The position numbers were made by a program, and so were the translations under genes. A stretch of DNA of 64,000 nt, from the IMG/VR virus record IMGVR_UViG_2974730439_000001, positions 35,849 to 99,848 of that record. One strand, given 5' to 3'. Positions within the stretch are counted from its first letter, which is position 1, and each line of letters starts with the position of its first letter. This document shows, piece after piece, positions 18,924-29,088 of the stretch. The notes below the pieces were generated by a model. That model was given only the letters and a program-made list of their open reading frames with translations. It ran no database searches and had not been told where the DNA came from. The stretch is from a virus. Lineage: Duplodnaviria; Caudoviricetes.

Positions 18924-19490
18924 ATGCTTATGATACTAGAATTAGATACATCTCTATTAAACAAATTTAGTATATCAATTAATCAATTAGTATTTATTAG
19001 CCTTGTATTGAATGATAATCAAATAAATAATCAAGACATTCATGAACTTCTCAGCCGAGTTAATGAAGAAGAAATACAAGACTTAATTCAACGTAACATT
19101 ATCGTAGTTACTATTTCTGACGATAATAAAATTTATAGTCCTTCAAAAGAACTACTTGATTTCATTAAAAAGAATGAACAGAGTATGTTTGACGAGTTCT
19201 ATGAAGTATTTCCTATTTATGTAACAAGACCAGATGGAACTAGAGGTTTTCTTAGGTCTAACGTAAATAAATGTAGAAAAGAATATAACCGTATTATCGG
19301 TAAGTCTAAAGCTATGCATGAGCATATTCTATCCTGTTTAAAATATGAGATAGATGATAAGTTGCAGACAGGTAAAATAGGTTATATGAAAACTATGTGG
19401 AAATGGCTTACTCAACATGAGTGGGAATGTTACGAAGAGCAAATAAATGAACAACAAAATGCAGAATTATATGGAGCAACAGTTATTTAA
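18924..19490 (+). CDS. putative replication initiator or helicase loader
   Basis: Lies between polymerase and helicase; FDEFYEVFP...KWL...WE pattern typical of phage replisome-organiser C-termini (inference). Confidence 0.55.
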   Translation: MLMILELDTSLLNKFSISINQLVFISLVLNDNQINNQDIHELLSRVNEEEIQDLIQRNIIVVTISDDNKIYSPSKELLDFIKKNEQSMFDEFYEVFPIYVTRPDGTRGFLRSNVNKCRKEYNRIIGKSKAMHEHILSCLKYEIDDKLQTGKIGYMKTMWKWLTQHEWECYEEQINEQQNAELYGATVI

Positions 19491-20454
19491 GACACTACCG
19501 TATAAGACTATTGCTGAAGTAACTAATGAATCTGTTAGTTATATTCAAGCAAGAAAGGATAGAACTATTATTCCTCTTAAAACAAGATGGAAAAAGTTCA
19601 ATAGAGTTTGTTGTGGAGGATTAGAACCAAACATGATTTTAACAATTGCAGGAGGTTCTGGATCTGGTAAATCAGCATTTGCAAATACGCTTGAAACTGA
19701 TTTAATTGATCTTAATACAGATCAAGAAATTGTAATTTTAGATTTTTCGTTTGAGATGCTTAGTTATAGACAAATAGGTCGAAAACTGAGTAATCGATTA
19801 AGACGCACTACCTCGGAATTATATAGTGCAGAAGACAGTATAGATGATGCTACATTTACTAAAGTAAAAGAAGAAGCAGAACGCATTAAGAAGTATCAGA
19901 TATATTATATAGATACTCCCAGTACTGTTGAAAATATCGAAAAAACTATAGATTATTTCCATGAAACAATAGCTAAAGATAAATGGCTAATTGTTATCCT
20001 AGATCATGCTTTATTGGTCGAAGGAGATACGGAACGTGGAACAATAGTAGATTTACAGAAAATGTTTATTCGTAAAAAGAAATTATCTAATACGAGTATT
20101 ATACAGATTTCACAGATGAATCGAAATATTGAATTGCCTGATCGTATAAATAATCCATCTATGCATTTTCCGTTGCGTAGCGATTTAGCTGCATCAGATG
20201 CTATATTCCAAGCAAGTGACTATGTGATAGCATTATCACGTCCAGAATTACTTAATATTCAAAGTTATGGGGTCAATCGCTTACCTGTGAAGAATAAGGT
20301 ATATCTACATTTTCTTAAAGTAAGAGATGCTGGAGAACCTTGTATATTAGAGTTTGACAATGAACTTAAATATGGTAATCTGATAGAAACTGAAGGAAAT
20401 ACTACTATGCAGCAAAATGTAGTATTTAACAATAAAAATAGGCTGAAATTATGA
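19447..20454 (+). CDS. dnaB: DnaB-like replicative helicase
   Basis: Walker A GGSGSGKS, SFEM, ILDH, ISQMNR, SDL...FQASD. Confidence 0.9.
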   Translation: MNNKMQNYMEQQLFKTLPYKTIAEVTNESVSYIQARKDRTIIPLKTRWKKFNRVCCGGLEPNMILTIAGGSGSGKSAFANTLETDLIDLNTDQEIVILDFSFEMLSYRQIGRKLSNRLRRTTSELYSAEDSIDDATFTKVKEEAERIKKYQIYYIDTPSTVENIEKTIDYFHETIAKDKWLIVILDHALLVEGDTERGTIVDLQKMFIRKKKLSNTSIIQISQMNRNIELPDRINNPSMHFPLRSDLAASDAIFQASDYVIALSRPELLNIQSYGVNRLPVKNKVYLHFLKVRDAGEPCILEFDNELKYGNLIETEGNTTMQQNVVFNNKNRLKL

Positions 20455-20999
20455 AAAAGACTTTTACAATAACTACTCCGAATGCAAAATGTGATCCGAC
20501 TGGTGAATATAAGAATTATCTTTTGAAGCGTTTGCTTACTAGTTATCCAGAATTAGTTATTGACGGTATTGATACTGAGGAAACTCCGTTTAGTTATCAG
20601 TACATTGGCCCGAACAACAAGATACGTTTTGGTGCTGATTTATTTTCAAAGTGTGACGTTGCTAAGTATGTGGATTGCAAATATTGCCCATATGCTACAC
20701 CATATTATCCTGCTGAAAAAGTGGAAAATTATAATTTAGCAACACAGTTTGCTCTTGCAATGAAACGTTTAGACGATTATGCAAAAGCAAAACGTAATTA
20801 TAAACCTCTGTACGATTTTCGATTAGCAGATGGAACTCCTGTTAAGGAGTATGGAAATTTCATCCAGGTTGGTTATAAACTAATTCCGAAGTACGATCTT
20901 AGTTATTTTAACACAATCAACGATGAAGAAAAAACTATCATTAATAACATTATTATTATGATTAATAATACTGAAATTAATGCAGAACTTAATATCTAA
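20451..20999 (+). CDS. hypothetical protein
   Basis: 182-aa ORF. Confidence 0.8.
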   Translation: MKKTFTITTPNAKCDPTGEYKNYLLKRLLTSYPELVIDGIDTEETPFSYQYIGPNNKIRFGADLFSKCDVAKYVDCKYCPYATPYYPAEKVENYNLATQFALAMKRLDDYAKAKRNYKPLYDFRLADGTPVKEYGNFIQVGYKLIPKYDLSYFNTINDEEKTIINNIIIMINNTEINAELNI

Positions 21000-21082
21000 T
21001 AACTTTTACTTTACATAATACAAATTTTAACATAATTTATCATAGACTATCATATCGAGTAAAGTAGTATAACCTATTTAAT

Positions 21083-21823
21083 ATGTTAATACTACCAACT
21101 GAAAAAAATATACCAAAAGTACAAAATCCTAGATTTTTAATACTTTTTGGAAAACCTAAAGCTGGTAAAACAACATTACTTTCTATGCTTGAAGGATGTC
21201 TTATAATAGACTTAGAAGGAGGTTCAGAATTTCTTGAAGCTCTTTCTATTCAAGCAAGAAGTGTAAGTGATTTAGGAGAAATTGCTAACCTAATACGTCA
21301 AAAAATTACTGAGACAGGTAAGAAGCCTTATAAGTATATTGCAATTGATAATGCAACACGCTTAGAAGAGATATGTTTACCATATGCTGCTACACTTTAT
21401 AGGCAAACTCCTATGGGGAAAACCTTTAAAGGAGATGATGTAAGACAGCTTCCCAACGGATCTGGATATCTATATCTTCGAGAAGCAGTAAAGAAAGTAA
21501 TTTTTATGTTTAAAGAGTTATGCGATAACTTTATTCTTATTGGTCATACTAAAGATAAGATGATTAATAAGGATGGTGAAGAGCTTACAGAAATGGCAAT
21601 AGATTTAGTTGGAAGACTAGGTGATATTGTTTGTGGTGAAGCAGATGCTGTAGGTTATGTCTATCGAAAAAAGAATGAAACTCATATTTCATTTGAAGGT
21701 GGAGATAACTCAGTACGCGAAGCAAGAGCTCCTCATTTAAGAGGAAAAAACATAGTAATTGCAGAAAGTAATGAAAACAATGAGATTACTACTCATTGGG
21801 AAAGAATTTATTTACCAGAATAA
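21083..21823 (+). CDS. Sak4-like (AAA_24) ATPase / recombinase
   Basis: FGKPKAGKTT, DLEGG, IAID, LIGH; followed by an SSB-like gene. Confidence 0.8.
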   Translation: MLILPTEKNIPKVQNPRFLILFGKPKAGKTTLLSMLEGCLIIDLEGGSEFLEALSIQARSVSDLGEIANLIRQKITETGKKPYKYIAIDNATRLEEICLPYAATLYRQTPMGKTFKGDDVRQLPNGSGYLYLREAVKKVIFMFKELCDNFILIGHTKDKMINKDGEELTEMAIDLVGRLGDIVCGEADAVGYVYRKKNETHISFEGGDNSVREARAPHLRGKNIVIAESNENNEITTHWERIYLPE

Positions 21824-21835
21824 AAAGATTAAGAT

Positions 21836-22447
21836 ATGTATAGTAAAGAAAGAGCACAACAGATAACAAAAAATGACGTTAGATTTATTCCTGCAGGCAT
21901 TCATGAGAATGTACAATTAAAAAGTGCACGTTTAGCAGAATCTCCTACAGGTAATAAGTTTCTTGAAATTGTCTTTGAAAAAGATGGGGCAACCTTAACT
22001 CAGACTGAGTGGAAACCTACGAAGTTTGAAGGTATGGACGAAGCAGCATTACAGAAGAAAGAAGATACTCAATTTTCTCGTATGATGCAAATTTTGCTTT
22101 GTTTTTATAAAGATGAACAATTGATTTTCAATGGTTCTACATTTGAAGAGTTTGCTACGGAAGTAGTTAACTATTTAAATAATGCAGATAAGTCTAAGTT
22201 AGTAAGAGTAAAGATTGTATATAACAATAAAGGATATACTACTTTGCCTTCATATGCAAAATATACATTTATTGAGCCTATGATCTTACCCGATGGTATG
22301 ACTTCTGCAATTGCTAAATTAGGTATTGACAATTTTGAAAAGCCTATTGTAGCAGATGTAGAAACTCCTGTAGATACACTTGATAGTGTAATTAAGAATG
22401 AAACAACTTCATTTAATACAGGTAATTTGAACGATTTGCCATTTTAA
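21836..22447 (+). CDS. putative ssDNA-binding protein
   Basis: C-terminal DLPF tail; adjacent to the Sak4-like gene. Confidence 0.65.
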   Translation: MYSKERAQQITKNDVRFIPAGIHENVQLKSARLAESPTGNKFLEIVFEKDGATLTQTEWKPTKFEGMDEAALQKKEDTQFSRMMQILLCFYKDEQLIFNGSTFEEFATEVVNYLNNADKSKLVRVKIVYNNKGYTTLPSYAKYTFIEPMILPDGMTSAIAKLGIDNFEKPIVADVETPVDTLDSVIKNETTSFNTGNLNDLPF

Positions 22448-22563
22448 TAAATAAGGTTTAAATTAAATGCCTACGCTAGGCTAATATAGCGATACGAGAG
22501 TGTGAGTAGAGTCTAACGAAAGCACTCTCGTTTATTTTATGTCTAATTAAAAATCAATTTAAA

Positions 22564-23712
22564 ATGCGTTTATCAAAATTCATAAACAAACATTTCTTTA
22601 ATAAAGACATAGATACAGTAGATCCTAACTACACGATTGAAAATATCAATGTAGATAAAAAGCGTGACGAGCTTAAAGAAGGGGATGTAATCTATGCTGC
22701 CATTTCTACTACGATTAAAGAAAATGGTAAGAAAAAAAGATTGAATCAACGAAAGGATCTTTATATGCTTAAAGATTCCTATGGTAAATTTACTTTCGTC
22801 GACTATCTTGGTAATGAATATAAAACCTCTCTTACAGGTATTAAAATTATTAATAGTTTAAGTAAGAAACTTAAAGAACAAGAAATAAATAATTTATTAG
22901 ATACTTATGAAAGAGACCTAAAAGAAGCAGAAAGACTAAAGTATCTAGAGGAAAGTAAAAGTTTAGGATTCAATTTTACTGACCTAGAGCCAGAAGAGAA
23001 GTTACGTAGAACTGTCAAAGCTGGCATAAAGAATATATGGATGGTTGGTCCTGCCGGTTGCGGTAAGAGTACTATGGCTAGAAATATAGCAGAAGAGATG
23101 GAAATTCCATATCTATGTATTAGCTGTGGTATAGGGACATCAGCTACCGAGTTTATTGGTTATAAGTATCCGACGCGTGAATCTACTCGATTTGGAGAGT
23201 ATTATGCGAAACCATCTATTATATTGATTGACGAGATAACGGCATTAGATCCAGCAGTTGCGCAAATTCTTAATGCAGCGTTAGCAAATGATGAAATTGA
23301 GACTACTACGGGCTTAGTTCATCGACATCCGAACTGTATTATTATTGCCACAAGTAATACATTTGGGTTTGGGTGTGATCGTCAATATGTGGCAAATAAC
23401 CAATTAGATGCGTCTACTATAGACCGTTTTATTGGCGGTATTGTAGAAGTTACGTATTCTGCTAAGTATGAAAGTCAGTATGATTCTGAAGTAGTAGATT
23501 ATATAAATACTTTACGTAGATTTGCTAAAGAAACAAATTTACGTAAGGTAATATCTACTCGTATGGTTCAAGCTGGTCATACTCTTAAGTATAATCACTT
23601 TATGGATTGGAAACAAAGACTAATTATAAATTGGTCTGAAAATGAGAGAAAGACATTAGAACAATGGTTGGAGTCTAGTGATGAAACTCCTGCGAAAAAA
23701 AAATCTAGTTAG
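22564..23712 (+). CDS. MoxR/CbbQ-like AAA+ ATPase
   Basis: GPAGCGKS, LIDE, ATSNT, LDASTIDRF, ISTR. Confidence 0.85.
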   Translation: MRLSKFINKHFFNKDIDTVDPNYTIENINVDKKRDELKEGDVIYAAISTTIKENGKKKRLNQRKDLYMLKDSYGKFTFVDYLGNEYKTSLTGIKIINSLSKKLKEQEINNLLDTYERDLKEAERLKYLEESKSLGFNFTDLEPEEKLRRTVKAGIKNIWMVGPAGCGKSTMARNIAEEMEIPYLCISCGIGTSATEFIGYKYPTRESTRFGEYYAKPSIILIDEITALDPAVAQILNAALANDEIETTTGLVHRHPNCIIIATSNTFGFGCDRQYVANNQLDASTIDRFIGGIVEVTYSAKYESQYDSEVVDYINTLRRFAKETNLRKVISTRMVQAGHTLKYNHFMDWKQRLIINWSENERKTLEQWLESSDETPAKKKSS

Positions 23713-23714
23713 TT

Positions 23715-24509
23715 ATGAAAGAATTATTATATAATTATGATAGCATTACAGATTTTTACAATGATGCAATTACTCCTACTCCAGAAGGAAATTCTAATGA
23801 TCTTAACACTCATTTAAAAACTGAAGAAAAAGATTTTAGAGGATTATCTATAGATGATATACAAAAGAGTAAGTATTGCTATCTTAAAGGTTTAGATGGT
23901 CTTAAAGAAATAGAATTAAATGTTGATTTAGGAGGTTCTAAACGTAGTTATACTTATGACGAGTTTGATGGAGATGACATGAATTATGATAGATTACTTG
24001 AAGGTTTTCCAGCAATGAGAAAACGAGTAAAAACTCATGGAATAGGAAGTGGACGTCTTATAAACGTATATGTAGTAATATCTGAAAATTGCAACATAGG
24101 TTATAAAGAAATGCTTAATAAAGCCTATACAGCTATACAAATTGTAGATATGCTTGAAAATATAGGATATAGAGTTGCAATATATGCATGTGATTCTACC
24201 AGAGATGCTTATGGTAGCTGGAGAGAAGAAACAGGTGTAATATATGAAGTACGTGTATGTTTAAAGAAACATGAAGATTCTATGAATAAAGGATTAATAT
24301 TAAATGGTATTAGTCCTTGGTTTTTTCGTTATTATATGTTTGCTCATCAAAAAGGTCATTACAAAAATGGCTGGGGAATGGGGCATGCTATACCACTTAA
24401 TATAGAGCAAACAAAAGAAAATATAGTAATTAATCATGGTCAGTGTTTATCTAAAGAATCTGCTGATGCAAAATTGAAACAAATTGAAGAATTATTCAAG
24501 GTAGATTAG
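23715..24509 (+). CDS. vWA-like partner of the MoxR ATPase
   Basis: Coupled to the AAA+ gene; alternating beta/alpha pattern and PWFFRY motif; fold is inference. Confidence 0.55.
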   Translation: MKELLYNYDSITDFYNDAITPTPEGNSNDLNTHLKTEEKDFRGLSIDDIQKSKYCYLKGLDGLKEIELNVDLGGSKRSYTYDEFDGDDMNYDRLLEGFPAMRKRVKTHGIGSGRLINVYVVISENCNIGYKEMLNKAYTAIQIVDMLENIGYRVAIYACDSTRDAYGSWREETGVIYEVRVCLKKHEDSMNKGLILNGISPWFFRYYMFAHQKGHYKNGWGMGHAIPLNIEQTKENIVINHGQCLSKESADAKLKQIEELFKVD

Positions 24510-24841
24510 AAACGTTAAGCCATAAAGAGCTATTATACTATTCCTAAAGTATAATGATGAGATGTAATGAATGATAGGTGTAAGTCCTATGATACATATT
24601 TATCTTGACAGTTTAGGGAAAATTATAGTCTTTAATATTTTTTAAAGAATTTTATTGTTCTCTGCTTAACTATATGAGAATTCGAGCCTGAGTTGATGGT
24701 CAAGTTGCTCTTGAATATAGAACCAAGGGTTTTCTTTATTTTTAGTTAATCTATGCAAACATAGAACTGTAAAAAATAATTTATTATATTAACAAACAAT
24801 GACAAATTTTATCCTATAGTGTGAGAGCCTATAGGATATAC

Positions 24842-24901
24842 GGAATGTTCTTTAGAAAAGGAAAGATACTAATGTAGTGGGTTCGATTCCCACACATTCC
24901 A
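24842..24901 (+). ncRNA. 60-nt mini tRNA-like element
   Basis: Perfect acceptor GGAATGT/ACATTCC-A and T-arm GTGGG-TTCGATT-CCCAC, but only TCTTT/AAAGA and TAC-TAAT-GTA hairpins between them. Confidence 0.65.
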
Positions 24902-24919
24902 CAATAAAAATCATATATT

Positions 24920-25927
24920 ATGTATGACAAAAGAAGGGTTAAAACCCCTACTAATATTACTTTAGATTATATCTTATCTAAAGTAACGGAGTATGATATA
25001 TATACTCATTATCTTGGACAATTTAAAGTAGGCGCTATTTATAATAGTCCATTCCGTAAGGATAATAATCCTTCTTTTGGAATATACTATAGTAAGCGTA
25101 CAAAACAACTTTTGTTCAAAGATCATGGAACAGGAGAATGTGGTAATATAGTTAAATTTGTATCATTATACACAGGTTTAACAAATTATAACGATATACT
25201 ACAAGATATAGTAGATAAGTTAAATATTACTACTTCAACTAAGCTCGATAGCTCTAAGCAATACATACCTTCTTCTGAGACTGTAATTGGTGTAGTAAGA
25301 CAAAACTTTACTCTAACAGACATCAATTACTGGTCTCAGTTTCATATTTCAAAGGAAACATTAAAGAAATATAACGTTAATAGTATTAAATATTATTTAT
25401 GCAATGGTATAGTTAAAGGCATTTATAAACCTGAAAATCCTATGTATGCTTATAAAGTGTATAATAACTTTAAGATATACAGACCATTAGCAGATAAATA
25501 TACTAAATGGAGAAACAATCTTACAGAGTATGACATACAAGGTTATGCTCAATTGCCTAAGAAAGGTAATGTACTCTTTATTACTAAGAGTATGAAAGAT
25601 GTAATGTGTCTTCATGAAATGGGTTATACGGCAATATCGCCTTCTTCAGAAAGTACATTCATTCCATTAGATATCTTAGAACAGCTTAAGAGACGTTTTA
25701 AGCGTATTATAATACTATTTGATAGAGATGTAGCTGGAGTAAAAAATAGTCGTAAATTAAGCCTTAAACATGGCTTAGATGCAATGTTTGTCCATAAGAA
25801 ATTTAATGCAAAAGATATATCTGATGCAGTTAAGTTAAATGGATTTGATAAAGTTAAAAAATGGTTAAATGAAACGATTAACAAAGAAAAAAGGTTAGAA
25901 GAAAGTACGAAATGCAACTCCAAATGA
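24920..25927 (+). CDS. dnaG: DnaG-type primase
   Basis: SPFRKDNNPSF...FKDHGTG zinc-finger-like region; TOPRIM ITKSMKD...FDRDVAG...KDISD. Confidence 0.85.
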   Translation: MYDKRRVKTPTNITLDYILSKVTEYDIYTHYLGQFKVGAIYNSPFRKDNNPSFGIYYSKRTKQLLFKDHGTGECGNIVKFVSLYTGLTNYNDILQDIVDKLNITTSTKLDSSKQYIPSSETVIGVVRQNFTLTDINYWSQFHISKETLKKYNVNSIKYYLCNGIVKGIYKPENPMYAYKVYNNFKIYRPLADKYTKWRNNLTEYDIQGYAQLPKKGNVLFITKSMKDVMCLHEMGYTAISPSSESTFIPLDILEQLKRRFKRIIILFDRDVAGVKNSRKLSLKHGLDAMFVHKKFNAKDISDAVKLNGFDKVKKWLNETINKEKRLEESTKCNSK

Positions 25928-26264
25928 ATACGACGGAATTAAATTTCGTAGTAAACTTGAAACCTATACATATAAGAAGCTGAAAGAAGCTAATATTCCA
26001 GCACAATATGAAGCAATACATTTTGAACTTATACCTAAGTTTGAATACAATGGTGAAAAGGTAAGAGCTATGACTTACTTACCTGATTTTGTTGGTAAAA
26101 ATTTCATAATTGAATGTAAAGGACTAATGGGTGACTCATTTCCATTACGCTGGAAGATTTTTAAATATACTCTTATGAAGAGTAGAGCGAATTATAAGTT
26201 ATACTTAGTTCGTAACCAAAAACAAGTCGATTCTATGATCGATGAATTAAAAACTAAAAAATAA
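25869..26264 (+). CDS. PD-(D/E)XK endonuclease (endonuclease I / DUF1064-like resolvase) with in-frame TAG at codon 10
   Basis: MKRLTKKKG(TAG)KKVRNATPNEYDGIKFRSKLE...YLPDFVGKNFIIECKG; the ORF track only catches 26070-26264. Confidence 0.75.
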
Positions 26265-26270
26265 CAGATT

Positions 26271-27182
26271 ATGTCAGAATTTATAAAAGCAGGTAATAAG
26301 ATCCTTAATAAACCTAATGGTTTTGATTATGATTTAATTAATGGTAAAGTATATAATCTTAAGTATGAACACTATGGAGTTGGTCCATATTTTGAAGAAG
26401 ACGGATCTTTAAGTTTACCTAAGAAAGTATATACTACTAAAGATGACGATATCTTTATTAAACGAGTAAATACTTATTTTGAAAAGACATCAAAGCTGTC
26501 CACTGGTGTTATGCTTAGTGGTGTTAAAGGTACTGGTAAAACAGTTATGGCAAAAGTAATTGCTAAAAATTCAAATTTACCAATTGTTGTAGTAGATGAA
26601 GATTTTCCTACAAGTCAGATTAATGACTTCTTTCGTAAGTTTAGTACTCCCGTAGCCGTTATTTTCGATGAGGTAGATAAGCATTGGGATACAGAAGACT
26701 TATTAGGTTGGCTTGATGGAGTACAAACAAATGCTAAGAAATTAGTATTATTTACATGTAACAATGAAGATCGAGTTAATGAGTATCTTAAAGACCGTTG
26801 TTCTCGTGTACGTTACACTCGTCATTTTGAGGCAAATGACAATGCTCGATTCTTAAAAGAAATTCTTAAGGATAAGGGTATTGCTGAGAATGAAATTGAA
26901 TCTACTTATACATTTATCGTAAATAACTTTAATTTATTATCTATTGATAATATTTTATCGTTTATTGATGAAAAATTAATGTTCCCTGGATTATCTAACG
27001 AATATCTCCTTAAAGACATGAATATTAGTTCAGATTCTGAATTAAGCGTTAATAAGGAACCGAAGAATGTTGAATCTGGAAAGGATGAAGACGAAGACGA
27101 ATATGATGAGGATGATAATAACGAGGAATATGATAATGAGGATGGATGGTTACAATTAGTAGCCAATACGTTTTTAAACTAA
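26271..27182 (+). CDS. AAA+ ATPase
   Basis: GVKGTGKT, IFDEVDK, FTCN, DRCSR. Confidence 0.85.
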   Translation: MSEFIKAGNKILNKPNGFDYDLINGKVYNLKYEHYGVGPYFEEDGSLSLPKKVYTTKDDDIFIKRVNTYFEKTSKLSTGVMLSGVKGTGKTVMAKVIAKNSNLPIVVVDEDFPTSQINDFFRKFSTPVAVIFDEVDKHWDTEDLLGWLDGVQTNAKKLVLFTCNNEDRVNEYLKDRCSRVRYTRHFEANDNARFLKEILKDKGIAENEIESTYTFIVNNFNLLSIDNILSFIDEKLMFPGLSNEYLLKDMNISSDSELSVNKEPKNVESGKDEDEDEYDEDDNNEEYDNEDGWLQLVANTFLN

Positions 27183-27187
27183 AAAAT

Positions 27188-27212
27188 AGGCTAGCAGAAA
27201 TGCTAGCCTTTC
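27188..27212 (+). terminator. hairpin / terminator
   Basis: AGGCTAGCA-GAAA-TGCTAGCCT followed by TT. Confidence 0.6.
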
Positions 27213-27218
27213 TATACT

Positions 27219-28118
27219 ATGAAAATATGTGGATTAAGCGATATACATGGACAATTTAGAGATATACCAGAATGTGATGTGTTATGTATCACCGGAGATA
27301 TAATTAATTTAAATGATCAAAGGTCTATAGATGCATCACGACATTGGTGGTATACTAGATTTACTAAATGGGTAAATAGATTACCTTGTAAGAAAGTAAT
27401 AATTACTCCAGGTAATCATGATTTCTTTTTAGAAGATGCTTATAATAAGTATTATTATGATGAATTAAAACAGGATTTATCAGCAAGAACTAATGACAAA
27501 TTAGTTATATTAATAAATGAACAATATGAGTATGAAGGTATAAAGTTTTATGGTTGTCCCTATATCAATCCGATAATGTTCCAAGAAGGAAGATGGGCAT
27601 TTGAAGATAAAGGTATAATGCCAGGAGAAATAGATCCTGATACTGGAGAAGAAAACCAAACAGGAGAAATAATAAGCCATTACAATAAAATACCTCAAGA
27701 TATAGATATATTGCTTACTCATGATAATCCATTTAAAAATGGATTATTAAGTAATGCTCCAAGGCCTAAGTTAGCTCATCTGTATGGACACTGGCATGAT
27801 GGAAGAGATTTACGAGAGGTAGGATATTATAATTGTTCATTATTAGATAATAATTATAATGTTAAAAAGAATTTTAAACCCATAATAATAGACATAATGA
27901 AAGAGCAAGAAAAGATAAGTTTTTTAGATTCTCTATCTTTATTAATTGAACCTTTCTATAAATTAAAAGGAGAAAAACCTTTATCTTTAGAAGATATAAA
28001 GGAATTCTTTAATATGCAAAAGGAGTTTTATAAAACGCAATTAGAAGATATAATTGCAGAAGATGAAATTCCTTGGGATACTAACTTAGAAATAGAAGAA
28101 GAAAATGATGAAGATTGA
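27219..28118 (+). CDS. calcineurin-like metallophosphoesterase
   Basis: SDIHG, TGD, GNHD, LTH, GHWH motifs. Confidence 0.9.
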   Translation: MKICGLSDIHGQFRDIPECDVLCITGDIINLNDQRSIDASRHWWYTRFTKWVNRLPCKKVIITPGNHDFFLEDAYNKYYYDELKQDLSARTNDKLVILINEQYEYEGIKFYGCPYINPIMFQEGRWAFEDKGIMPGEIDPDTGEENQTGEIISHYNKIPQDIDILLTHDNPFKNGLLSNAPRPKLAHLYGHWHDGRDLREVGYYNCSLLDNNYNVKKNFKPIIIDIMKEQEKISFLDSLSLLIEPFYKLKGEKPLSLEDIKEFFNMQKEFYKTQLEDIIAEDEIPWDTNLEIEEENDED

Positions 28119-29088
28119 TATTCCATATTATGAAGATAATACAAGAATATCAAATTCTGCTATCGGTTGGTTTCTAAAAAAGGGTCCTAAGTACTTACGA
28201 GATATGCTAGATGGTAAGGAAAAAGGACTAGAATTACCTCAGTTAGAAAGAGGTACTATGATACATGAATATATACTTCAACCAGAAGAATTTTGGAAAG
28301 ACTATGAAATATTAGATTTTGAAATACCTAAAGTAAAACAACAGAAAGATTTATGTGAGAGATATTCTCAATTAAAACTAACTGATCCTTTAGAAAATGA
28401 AGTATCTATTCTATTAAAATCTTATAGATCTGCTTATAGTAATAATAAAGGAGCAGCTCAACAAATAAGTGAGGCTAGAAGTATTGTAGATAAATATGAT
28501 AGCTATATTAAATATCTGCAAATAGGAAGCACAAAGAAAGTAATATCATTTGCAGATTTACACATGCTAGAAACTATAAAGAAAAATATTGAGGATCATA
28601 TTGCAGCTAATAGATTGCTGTACGATGTTCCTACTACATATACCTGTCATAATGAATTTCATATTAATTGGGAACTTTATGGAATAAAGTGTAAATCTTT
28701 ATTAGATAGAGTAATGTTTGACCACGTTAATAAGAAAATTATTCTGATAGACCTAAAGACAACGAGTGATGTCTACAATTTTGCTCATTCTGTAGAAACA
28801 TTTGATTACTACAGACAGATAGCTTTTTACCTTTGTGCTATTACTTGGTATATGATAGAAGAGCTAAATTTAAATCCTGATGATTATGATTTAGAAGCTT
28901 ATATTATTGCAGTACAAACAAATGGTAATAATGAAGTTAGAGTATTTAATATGTTTAACGAAGAGGAGTTACTCAATCGAAAAAATATTATTGCAAAAAC
29001 ATTAACAGAAATATCATATCATATCAATTCCGGTAATTGGGAACATACTCGTAAATATTACGAAAATGATGGAATTGAAGAATTATAA
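28105..29088 (+). CDS. PD-(D/E)XK exonuclease (RecE / ExoVIII-like)
   Basis: ISNS...GTMIH...CKSLLDR...IDLKTT...YYRQIAFY. Confidence 0.85.
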   Translation: MMKIDIPYYEDNTRISNSAIGWFLKKGPKYLRDMLDGKEKGLELPQLERGTMIHEYILQPEEFWKDYEILDFEIPKVKQQKDLCERYSQLKLTDPLENEVSILLKSYRSAYSNNKGAAQQISEARSIVDKYDSYIKYLQIGSTKKVISFADLHMLETIKKNIEDHIAANRLLYDVPTTYTCHNEFHINWELYGIKCKSLLDRVMFDHVNKKIILIDLKTTSDVYNFAHSVETFDYYRQIAFYLCAITWYMIEELNLNPDDYDLEAYIIAVQTNGNNEVRVFNMFNEEELLNRKNIIAKTLTEISYHINSGNWEHTRKYYENDGIEEL

